Source of the DNA: an uncultured Actinomycetota bacterium | Lineage (GTDB): Bacteria; Actinomycetota; Thermoleophilia; RBG-16-64-13 | DNA length: 64,000 nucleotides | Direction of reading: 5' to 3' | Assembly (NCBI GenBank): GCA_963790415.1 | Contig: CAWBOK010000008.1 | Span: forward strand, 7,125 to 71,124 | In this document: positions 23,318 through 31,704 of the stretch, piece by piece | Position numbering within the stretch: position 1 is the first letter of the stretch | Layout: the number at the start of each line of letters is the position of its first letter | The notes under the pieces: generated by a model | What the model was told of the DNA's origin: nothing | Database searches by the model: none | The model's input: only the letters and a program-made list of their open reading frames with translations | Position numbers and translations under genes: made by a program

Positions 23318-23794
23318 TCAGGTCCCGGCCTCCAGGGACTTCTTCAAAGACTCAATCGTGCGCCGGCGCTCGCCACGGCCGATGATGCCGACCATCGGCT
23401 TCATCGCCCGAAAGGCCCCGAACAACGTGGATTCGGCCACGTGATGCACCGCGGTTCCCTCCGGGGTCGGCTCGAGATCGTAGCGCACGCGGGCCTCGAC
23501 CACCGGCGCGCCAAACCAGCGCAGCCGCTCCTTGAAGACTACCCGCCTGGGGGCCTCGAACTCTTCAACGTCGCCGCTGAATGTACCCATGCGTCCTTTG
23601 TCGATGAAGGGCGTGCCCTGTCCGACGGGACCGTCTGAGCACTGTCGGCTCTCTTTGAAGACGCCGCGGTGCGACATCCAGTCGGAGTAGTGGGAGACAT
23701 CCGCGAGCCGGGCAAACACGTCTTCGATGGGACGGTTGATGGTGACATCTTCCTCGACCCGTACCGAGATGCGGTCTGTTGCTGTCGCTTTCAT
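23318..23794 (-). CDS. SRPBCC (polyketide cyclase/START) family protein
   Basis: VTINRPIEDVFARLADVSHYSDW, GPVGQGT, YDLEPTPEGT, LKKSLE. ATG after GGAGG. Confidence 0.8.
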   Translation of the reverse strand: MKATATDRISVRVEEDVTINRPIEDVFARLADVSHYSDWMSHRGVFKESRQCSDGPVGQGTPFIDKGRMGTFSGDVEEFEAPRRVVFKERLRWFGAPVVEARVRYDLEPTPEGTAVHHVAESTLFGAFRAMKPMVGIIGRGERRRTIESLKKSLEAGT

Positions 23795-24297
23795 TTCATC
23801 CTCCACAACATCCGCTGTGAGAGGGGCGACGCGATCCTTGAATCGCCCCGGGGGCCAAGGGCCGGGTCTCACAGAGATTGTAACAATACAAACATACCCG
23901 GATCGACCTGTCCCCAATCCGGACCGGCACCGTGAACGCGCGCCGCAGAGTGCCGATCGAGGCCACGCTCCTCGGCCTCTGCGATAAGGACGTAGTACTC
24001 GGCCAGGCTTTGGGTCGTCACTCGCGTGTCTGGCCGCTTCTCCGTTGTGGGGCAAGGTATGCGACCGGGAGGACAGGGGATGCGTCTGTCGACCCCTCTT
24101 CCAGCACCCAGCGGAGAAGCCCTTTCTCGGACTCCGGCGGCCCATGGCCCGCTGGACATCTCTTATGGTGGCCAAGGTGCCCAGCACCCCCTGCAGTATC
24201 TGAGGGGAGTGGGGGAAGAGCATCTCTTCGCCACTCAACTCCAACTCCACCTGAGTTGTAGTCTCGCGGGGTTCGCTAGGCGCGGGGGTCACGCCCG

Positions 24298-24660
24298 GCG
24301 AAGTGCGGCCGTCTGACCCACAAGGCCGCAGAGTCCTTGTTCGGGGAGGACACGCCTCCGGCTTCGATCCTGCTCACGCACGACCACCCCGATCACGCGG
24401 GCTCGTCACACGCCCGGGCATATCGCCTGCTTCCGGCGGAGTGACCGGGTCCTGATCACAGGCGACGCCCTCCTGACCGTGAACCTCAACTCCTTGTGGG
24501 GTCTTCTGCTGCACAAGCCGAGAGTCTCCGGGCCGCCCTGGTACACTACCTGGAGTTAGCCGGCGGCAGAAGAAACGGTCGCTTCTCTGGCAAAGCTCGA
24601 GCCGCTTGTGCTGGCCGGCGGGCATGGGATTCCTATGACCGACCCCGAGACCCCGAGTGG
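24298..24660 (+). pseudogene. MBL-fold metallo-hydrolase remnant with internal deletion and in-frame TAG at 24557
   Basis: AAESLFG...ILLTHDHPDHAGS joined directly to HTPGHIACFRRSDRVLITGDA...LAGGHG. Confidence 0.7.
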
Positions 24661-24761
24661 GCCGCCGCCCCTCTGGGAGTGCCTTTCTCTATGCGCTTCC
24701 AGACCATGACTATGCAGACAAACGAGGCAGAACCGTCTGCTCTCGCCCGCTTGGAGGTCTG

Positions 24762-26864
24762 ATGCTGGAATCGCTGTTGTATCCGCACTCCGTCGCCGTG
24801 ATCGGTGCCTCACGAAACCCCGGCAAGGTGGGCTACGAACTTGTCGCCAACCTCGTCAAAGGGGGCTTCGCCGGCGACTTGATCCTGGTCAACCCCACGG
24901 CGCCGGAGATCATGGGATACCGCTGCTACCCACGGCTGGAAGACTACGAGGGGACCATCGAGCTGAGCGTGGTCGCCACCCCTGTGCCGGGGGTGGCGGC
25001 TGCCGTGCGCACCTCGCTGGACAAGGGCGCCCGCGCGGTGGTGGTGATCACGGCGGGATTCAAAGAGGTGGGCAGCGAGGGGGCCGCCTTGGAGAGGAGC
25101 CTCATGGAGATGTGTTCCGCCCGAGGCGCCCGGATGCTGGGACCCAATTGCCTGGGAGTCATCAACACCGCACACCACCTGAATGCCTCCTTCGCCGCTC
25201 AGATGCCGGAACCAGGATCCATCTCCGTGGTATCGCAATCGGGCGCGTTGTGCGCTGCGCTTCTGGACTGGCTGACCGGGAGGGGAGTCGGGCTCGCGAA
25301 GATGATCTCCATCGGAAACAAGGCCGACCTTGACGAAACCGACATCCTGGAGGCCCTCTCAGGCGATCCAGAGACTCATGTCATCGTCGGCTACCTTGAG
25401 AGCATCGCCTCCGGCGAGGCATTCGTGCAGGCCGCCGAGGTAGTGAGCGCAGCCAAACCGGTGGTCATGCTCAAAGCCGGGACAACCGCAGCCGGGAGCA
25501 GGGCGGCGTCCAGTCACACCGGCAGCCTGGCCGGAGCGGACATAGCCTACGGCGCCGCCTTCAAACGATGCGGAGTGATACGCGCGGAGACCTTCGAAGC
25601 CCTTCTTGATTATGCGTTGGCCTTTTCCATGCAGCCACTCCCCGCCGGCGAACGAGTCGCCATCATCACCAACGCCGGCGGCCCCGGCATCATGGCGGCG
25701 GATGCGGTGGAAAGCTCGGGGTTGAGCATAGCGGTCCTCTCCGGGAGCACGGCAACCGCCCTGCGCGCCAAGCTTCCCGCAGCCGCCAGCGTGGCCAACC
25801 CGATAGACGTCCTCGGCGACGCAGACCCCGAGCGCTACGCCGAGGCGGTGAGGGCCGCCCAGGATGACCCGAACGTAGACGCTGTCATCGTGCTCCTCAC
25901 CCCGCAGGCCATGACCCGTCCGGCCGAGACCGCCCAGGTGGTGGCCGCCGCGGCTCGGGGCGAGAAACCCCTGCTCGCGGTCTTCATGGGCGGAGTGGAC
26001 GTCATGCCGGGGAGAGAGGAGCTCGCGGCCGCCAGCCTACCGGACTACCCGTCCCCCGAGCGCGCCGTTGCCGCGTTACGTGCCATGTGTGAGTACTCGG
26101 CCTGGCGAAACCGTCCACCGCGCCGGCTCACCCGCTTCCCTGTGAACCGGCGACGGGTCATGCGCATCATCAACAGTCAGTGGAACATGGGCCGCCTGAG
26201 GGTGAGCGAACCAAAGGCCAAGGAGATGCTGAAGGCGTACGACTTCCTGGTCCCCGAGGGGGGCGTCGCCCTCACCGCCGACGCCGCGGTGGAGACCGCC
26301 ACCCGCGTCGGCTTTCCGGTGGTCATGAAGATCGTGTCACCGGACATCCTACATAAGTCGGATGTGGGCGGCGTTCGGCTCAGCCTGAACACCGCCGGCG
26401 AGGTTCGGGACGCATTCGATCTCATGATGCTCCGGATCCCGTTGCGCCAAGCGGAGGCTCGGCTGGAAGGGGTCTACGTGGAGACCATGGCCCCGCGAGG
26501 GCGCGAGGTCATCATAGGCATGACCCGCGACGCTCAGTTCGGACCTATGCTGATGTTCGGGCTCGGCGGCATCTTTGTGGAGGTCTTGAAGGATGTCACC
26601 TTCCACCTGGCGCCCATCACGGCGGAGGAGGCCATGGAGATGCTGCGCGCGACAAAGTCCTTCGCCTTGCTGGAGGGCGCGAGAGGGCAGTCGGGCGTAG
26701 ATTTGGACGCCATCGCGAGCGGCCTGCAGCACATCAGCCAGCTGGTCACGGACTTCCCGCAGATCGCCGAACTCGACATCAACCCCTTCATCGTGAGCGA
26801 GTCCAGCGCACAACCGATAGTCGCCGACGCGCGGATCACCCTATTGGCGAAAGAGACCACGTGA
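24762..26864 (+). CDS. ADP-forming acetate/acyl-CoA ligase, fused alpha-beta
   Basis: VAVIGAS, LGPNCLG, SQSGA, phospho-His site SSHTGS, TNAGGPG, and ATP-grasp HKSDVGGV...FGLGGIFVE. Confidence 0.9.
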   Translation: MLESLLYPHSVAVIGASRNPGKVGYELVANLVKGGFAGDLILVNPTAPEIMGYRCYPRLEDYEGTIELSVVATPVPGVAAAVRTSLDKGARAVVVITAGFKEVGSEGAALERSLMEMCSARGARMLGPNCLGVINTAHHLNASFAAQMPEPGSISVVSQSGALCAALLDWLTGRGVGLAKMISIGNKADLDETDILEALSGDPETHVIVGYLESIASGEAFVQAAEVVSAAKPVVMLKAGTTAAGSRAASSHTGSLAGADIAYGAAFKRCGVIRAETFEALLDYALAFSMQPLPAGERVAIITNAGGPGIMAADAVESSGLSIAVLSGSTATALRAKLPAAASVANPIDVLGDADPERYAEAVRAAQDDPNVDAVIVLLTPQAMTRPAETAQVVAAAARGEKPLLAVFMGGVDVMPGREELAAASLPDYPSPERAVAALRAMCEYSAWRNRPPRRLTRFPVNRRRVMRIINSQWNMGRLRVSEPKAKEMLKAYDFLVPEGGVALTADAAVETATRVGFPVVMKIVSPDILHKSDVGGVRLSLNTAGEVRDAFDLMMLRIPLRQAEARLEGVYVETMAPRGREVIIGMTRDAQFGPMLMFGLGGIFVEVLKDVTFHLAPITAEEAMEMLRATKSFALLEGARGQSGVDLDAIASGLQHISQLVTDFPQIAELDINPFIVSESSAQPIVADARITLLAKETT

Positions 26865-28729
26865 TGAGTGGCTCGTACGATCCCGAATGGCGCGAAAAGT
26901 ACACGAGCCTCATCTGCACGGCCGAGACGGCCGTGGCGGGCATCAGGCCGGGCCAGCGGGTCTTTATCGGCACCGGGTGCGCCCAGCCGCAGGAGCTCGT
27001 ACGGGCACTGACCGCTCGCTCCGGCGAGCTCGCCAACACAGAGATCATCTCGCTGCTCACGGTGGGCGAGGCACCCTACGCGTTGGAGCGGCTGGCCCGG
27101 CACTTCCGCGTCAACACGTTCTTCGTGACAGCCAACGTGCGCGACGTGGTGCAACAGGGCCTGGGCGGCTACACGCCCATCTTCTTATCCGACATCCCGG
27201 AGCTGTTCGCCTCGGGGCGCCTGCCCCTGGACGTGGCCCTCATCCAGGTGACTCCACCCGACGAGCAGGGCATGTGCAGCCTGGGCATATCCGTGGACGT
27301 GGTGAAGAGCGCCGCTCAGAACGCGGCCCTGGTGATCGCCCAGGTCAACCCGCAGATGCCGCGCACACTGGGGGACAGCAACATCCACGTGTATGACCTC
27401 GATAGGCTTGTTCCGGCCGACCAGCCACTGATCGAGACTCACCGGGATCCGCCCACAGACATCGGTCCCCAGATCGGACAGCATGTGGCCAGCCTGGTGG
27501 AGGACGGCTCCACCATCGAGCTGGGGATCGGCCGCGTCCCCCACGCGGTGCTGGAGTTGCTGAAAGACAAGAAGGATCTTGGTGTGCATACGGAGATGTG
27601 CTCGGACACCATCATCGATCTGGTGGAAAGCGGAGCCATAACCGGCGCACGCAAGACCCTGGACCGCGGCAAGATCGTGACCAGCTTCGCCATGGGCACG
27701 CGCAGGCTGTACGACTACGTGGACGGCAACCCGATGTTCTCATTCCGGCCCACGGAGTACGTCAACGATCCCAACATCATCGGCCAACAACACCGCATGG
27801 TGGCCATCAACTCGGCACTGGAGATAGATCTCACCGGGCAGGTATGCGCCGACTCGCTGGGTACCCTCTTCTACTCCGGGATCGGCGGTCAGGTGGACTT
27901 CACCCGTGGCGCCGCCCGCTCGCGCGACGGTAAGGCCATCATCGCGGTCCCGTCCACCGCCAAAGAAGGGAAGGTCTCGCGCATCGTGGCCACGCTCACG
28001 TCCGGCGCGGGCGTGGTGACCACGCGGGGTGACACCCAGTATGTGGTCACCGAGTACGGAGTGGCCTACCTGGCCGGCAAGACCGTGGAGGAACGCGCCC
28101 TGGCCCTGATCAGCGTGGCCCATCCCGATTTCCGCGCCCAACTGCTGCGGGATGCGATCGAGGCACGCTACGTGAATCCCGGACTTGCCGATGTCGAGGG
28201 CCGCATCTCCGTGGGCCCGCCCGAGCTTCACACTACCATGCTGCTTCCGGACGGTACCCAGATCGGTTTCCGCCCCATTCGTCTCACCGATCTGGAAGCC
28301 TTCAAGGGCCTGCTGTACGCCCTGTCCCAAGAGACCATGTACTACCGGTTCATGGCGCACCTGCGCATCCTGCCGGAGAAGCAGATCCAGGACTTCGTCT
28401 TTCTAGACCATCGCACCGAGGTATGCATCGTGGGCACGCTGCCTGAGGCCTACGGCGAAGAGATCATATCCACCGGGCGATACTACTTGGACCCCAAGAC
28501 CAACCGGGCAGAGGTGGCCTTTGTCGTTCGTGACCATTGGCAGAACCGCGGGATAGGCACCTTCATGCTCCGCTGGCTTACCACCATCGCACGCGCGAAC
28601 GGCATCGCCGGCTTTACCGCCGAGGTGCTGAGAGACAACGTCCGCATGCAGAGCGTGTTCCACCACAGCGAGGGTAGGGTCACAAGTCGGCCGGCGGACG
28701 GCGTGCAGCACATCGAGATCGACTTCTAG
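26861..28729 (+). CDS. Acetyl-CoA hydrolase/transferase fused to a C-terminal GNAT acetyltransferase
   Basis: LGVHTEM, INSALEIDLTGQV, SGIGGQVDF, VVTEYG, then GNAT motif AEVAFVVRDHWQNRGIGT. Confidence 0.88.
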   Translation: MMSGSYDPEWREKYTSLICTAETAVAGIRPGQRVFIGTGCAQPQELVRALTARSGELANTEIISLLTVGEAPYALERLARHFRVNTFFVTANVRDVVQQGLGGYTPIFLSDIPELFASGRLPLDVALIQVTPPDEQGMCSLGISVDVVKSAAQNAALVIAQVNPQMPRTLGDSNIHVYDLDRLVPADQPLIETHRDPPTDIGPQIGQHVASLVEDGSTIELGIGRVPHAVLELLKDKKDLGVHTEMCSDTIIDLVESGAITGARKTLDRGKIVTSFAMGTRRLYDYVDGNPMFSFRPTEYVNDPNIIGQQHRMVAINSALEIDLTGQVCADSLGTLFYSGIGGQVDFTRGAARSRDGKAIIAVPSTAKEGKVSRIVATLTSGAGVVTTRGDTQYVVTEYGVAYLAGKTVEERALALISVAHPDFRAQLLRDAIEARYVNPGLADVEGRISVGPPELHTTMLLPDGTQIGFRPIRLTDLEAFKGLLYALSQETMYYRFMAHLRILPEKQIQDFVFLDHRTEVCIVGTLPEAYGEEIISTGRYYLDPKTNRAEVAFVVRDHWQNRGIGTFMLRWLTTIARANGIAGFTAEVLRDNVRMQSVFHHSEGRVTSRPADGVQHIEIDF

Positions 28730-29163
28730 GGTTCCACCGGCCCCAAGAGACGAATTGTCACAGGTCCGGAGGCGGCCTGCCTTGCGAGACGCTTGTCGGC
28801 GGTCCAGAGTTCGGCATCAAGATGCTCGGCCACGGCCAAGTATTGCGCGTCGTAGGCGGCGCTCAGCCCGAGTCGATCGGCCAGCCGCAGCGCGTGACGA
28901 AGGAGCACGGGGCTGTGCTCGTAACGAATCGGGAGGGACATGGCGGCATCGATGACGAGGTCGGCCGAGTCGGAGCTGAGAAACCCGGCGCGATGGTAGC
29001 GGTGGAGTGCGTTCGTCACCTCGTAGCCCAGAAGGGCGGGTGCATGCACGGCGACCCCAGCCGTGGCCCATTCATCCCACAGCCTCCACACCTCCGCGTC
29101 GTCCGGCCCGACGAACAACCGCACCACGAGGCTCGCGTCAACGCAGACTGTCAAGCTGCTCAT
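28726..29163 (-). CDS. vapC: VapC-family PIN-domain toxin
   Basis: VCVDAS, YEVTNAL, AYDAQYLAVAE and LWTADKRL acidic motifs. Confidence 0.88.
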   Translation of the reverse strand: MSSLTVCVDASLVVRLFVGPDDAEVWRLWDEWATAGVAVHAPALLGYEVTNALHRYHRAGFLSSDSADLVIDAAMSLPIRYEHSPVLLRHALRLADRLGLSAAYDAQYLAVAEHLDAELWTADKRLARQAASGPVTIRLLGPVEP

Positions 29164-29452
29164 CCCGTTCTGCGCGCACGTCCCTCAGCACGTCCTCCGG
29201 GGACGGGAGTTCGCGTCCCGCGATCTCGGCGCGGATGCGCTCGCGTGCCTGTTGCACGCGCCCACGCCACTCATTCTCGTCCGCAGCCCCCACGAGCTGC
29301 TCGTACGCCTGCACGGACAGCACGACGACCTGAGGGCGCCCTCCCCGCTCCACGAGGACAGACTCCCGCCCCTCAGAGACCCGCCGGAGTAACTCGCCAA
29401 AATGAAGTTTTGCCTCAGTCGCGCTCATCACTCTGTGCATTGCAGCCGCCAT
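29138..29452 (-). CDS. Phd/YefM-family antitoxin
   Basis: MSATEAKLHFGELLRRV...VLVERGGRPQVVVLS. Overlaps the toxin. Start uncertain. Confidence 0.85.
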   Translation of the reverse strand: MAAAMHRVMSATEAKLHFGELLRRVSEGRESVLVERGGRPQVVVLSVQAYEQLVGAADENEWRGRVQQARERIRAEIAGRELPSPEDVLRDVRAERDEQLDSLR

Positions 29453-29604
29453 CGTTCGAACAATCGGTCGATCATTATGATAGCACGGTCTGCATGTGGG
29501 TCGGGCGCCTTCAATTACCGTGACGCTCGCACTGCTCAGTTGATTGTTGAGGCCTACGAAAAGACAGACTCGAACACTCCCAGATTGGGTCGTGATCTTC
29601 CCAA

Positions 29605-29830
29605 TGGCGTTGGCACCGGCGCCGTGCACAGGGAGTTGGGCGAGCTGGCCGGCAGCGGGCTCATTGTGGGATCAGAGAATGACATCGACTGAACTTGAGA
29701 ACTTGGCCCGGCTCGGCAAGTTGAAGCGTGAGGGTGCGACGCAGGCCGAATTCGATGGCCTGGTTCGTTCCGGACGGATGCGTCTAGGAGATGCGCAAGA
29801 CTCTGACTTGGCTCCCGAGAGCCGCGAGGA
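29605..29830 (+). pseudogene. Collapsed remnant of a wHTH-nucleotidyltransferase / HEPN-like gene pair
   Basis: GVGTGAVHRELGELAGSGLIV-GSENDID* overlaps MTSTELENLARLGKLKRE...QAEFDGLVRSGRMRLGDAQ...PESR (ATG 29679), which then breaks off. Confidence 0.45.
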
Positions 29831-29926
29831 CGCTGAAGGCGGCGGTCGTAGCCCTTGGTCCGATCCAACCCGCAATGAAGTGAGTTCCCTCGACAACGAG
29901 CCGGCTTCCCTGCCCCAGCAGGTAGA

Positions 29927-31648
29927 ATGCACCCCATGACGCGCTCCTTCCGACTCCAGGCCGTGCTGTTCGACTTTGACGGCACCCTCACAGAGCCAGG
30001 CGCCATCGGCTTCGAGGCGATCCGGCAGGCGATCGGCTGTCCGCCCGGCACTCCCATCTTGGAGTTCATCGCGGCGCAGGCGGACGAGGTCCGGCGGGCC
30101 GAGTTATACTTCGTTCTCGAAAGCTTCGAGCTCGAGGCCGCCGCCGTCTCGCGGCCGAATGTCGGAGCGGTACAAGCCGTGCGCGGACTGAAGTCGCGGG
30201 GCTTGCCCGTGGGCGTGATAAGTCGGAACGGCTTGGCCTCGATCGAGCGCGCCCTCGAGAACTTCGACGGGCTGGGACCGGACGACTTCGACGTCATCGT
30301 GTCGCACGATCTCCCGCTGGCTCCCAAGCCCGCGCCCGACACCGTGTTCTGGGCGGCCGAACGCCTCGGGGTCGACCCGTCCGGCTGTCTGGTGGTGGGC
30401 GATTTCGGCTTCGACGTGATGGCGGGGAAGGCCGCCGGGGCGGTGACGGTGTTGGTGCGCAACCACTCGTTTCCAGCCGAGGGTTTCGCGGGCGATTCTT
30501 TCACCGACTGGGCTCGGGACGCCGACTACGTGATAGACGATCTCACCCAGCTCGATGAGGTCGTGCGCCTTGGTCTGCCGCTGCCTACGGGTAAGTTCCC
30601 CAACGACCTGCTCGCCCGGTTCCTAGCCGACCTCATACCCGAAGATCCCGCGCTCTTCGTGCGCCCACGCGTGGGCGAGGACGTGGCGGTAGTGGATCTG
30701 GCCGCCGCAGGCCTGTCACGCGGCGCCGCAGGCATGCCCTTCCCCGGCGGACCGGCAGCGCCCGATCTCGGCCTCCTGGTACTCAAGTCCGATCCCATCA
30801 CCTTCGCCACGGACTCTCCGGGGCGGTATGCCGTACTGGTCAACGCCAACGACGTAGCCACTTCGGGGGCGACACCACGGTGGCTGCTGGCCACCTGTCT
30901 CTTCCCGGCGGACTCCACGCCATCGGAGATCGTGGCCACGCTCACCGAGCTGCGCGATGCCTGCTCCGAATCGGGGATCACCCTGTGTGGGGGGCATACG
31001 GAGATCACCGACGCGGTCAAGCATGCGGTAGTGGTGGGAGCGCTCGTGGGAACGGTCGCCCGTGACGGACTCATCGACAAGAGCGCCATGCGCGAAGGAG
31101 ACCGCGTGCTGCTGACCAAACGTCTAGCCGTGGAGGGGACGGCGCTGATCGCCCGGGAGCTGGGGCCGCGCCTTCTTGACCTGGGCATGAGCGCGGAAGA
31201 GATCGAGCGCTGCCGGGGGTTCCTCTCTCTGGTCAGCATCCTGCCGGAGGCGCGCGTGGCCGCGACTTCGGGGGTCGTCGCGGGCATGCACGACGTCACC
31301 GAGGGGGGCCTGGCCACGGCGCTGGAGGAGTTCGGCTTGGCGGGCGGGCATCGTATCCGCGCGCACCTCGATCGCATCCCGGTGTTCCCGGAGACCCGGC
31401 GGGTGTGCGCGCTGTTGGGGATAGACCCGCTGGGTCTGATCGGATCGGGCAGCCTGCTGATCGCCTGCCGTCCCGCCGGCGCCGCCACCCTGATCGCTCA
31501 GTTGACCGCCGAAGGCATCGAAGCCACCGACATCGGGGAGGTGTTGGAACCGGCCGTCCCCGGGGATCCCGTCGTGGAGGGCATGCGCGCGGGCCTGCCG
31601 GCGGCGTGGCCGCGCTTCGCCGTCGACGAAGTCGCCCGGCTGTTCTAG
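29927..31648 (+). CDS. HAD-family phosphatase fused to a PurM-like (AIR synthase/ThiL/HypE superfamily) domain
   Basis: HAD motifs FDFDGTL, SRN, KPAPD, VGDFGFD. PurM-like motifs GEDVAV, KSDPIT, NANDVATSGA, GGHTE, MHDVTEGG. Confidence 0.85.
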   Translation: MHPMTRSFRLQAVLFDFDGTLTEPGAIGFEAIRQAIGCPPGTPILEFIAAQADEVRRAELYFVLESFELEAAAVSRPNVGAVQAVRGLKSRGLPVGVISRNGLASIERALENFDGLGPDDFDVIVSHDLPLAPKPAPDTVFWAAERLGVDPSGCLVVGDFGFDVMAGKAAGAVTVLVRNHSFPAEGFAGDSFTDWARDADYVIDDLTQLDEVVRLGLPLPTGKFPNDLLARFLADLIPEDPALFVRPRVGEDVAVVDLAAAGLSRGAAGMPFPGGPAAPDLGLLVLKSDPITFATDSPGRYAVLVNANDVATSGATPRWLLATCLFPADSTPSEIVATLTELRDACSESGITLCGGHTEITDAVKHAVVVGALVGTVARDGLIDKSAMREGDRVLLTKRLAVEGTALIARELGPRLLDLGMSAEEIERCRGFLSLVSILPEARVAATSGVVAGMHDVTEGGLATALEEFGLAGGHRIRAHLDRIPVFPETRRVCALLGIDPLGLIGSGSLLIACRPAGAATLIAQLTAEGIEATDIGEVLEPAVPGDPVVEGMRAGLPAAWPRFAVDEVARLF

Positions 31649-31704
31649 CCGCTGTGGCGACTTCGCGACGCGATCCGCCTGGGGGCGATGACGCCAGGGA
31701 GTCC

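Noticed and set aside
23800-24292. N-terminal extension of the SRPBCC ORF
   Set aside because: No recognisable domain, and a good RBS and ATG exist at 23794. Probably decayed or intergenic sequence.
24557-24559. In-frame TAG as possible pyrrolysine
   Set aside because: It lies in a remnant with a large internal deletion, and a TGG-to-TAG nonsense change is the simpler explanation.
30570-31648. PurM-like domain as SelD, ThiL, HypE or the alpha-ribazole kinase CblS
   Set aside because: It lacks the SelD N-terminal C/U-x-x-K motif and the HypE C-terminal PRIC. There is no specific evidence for CblS.
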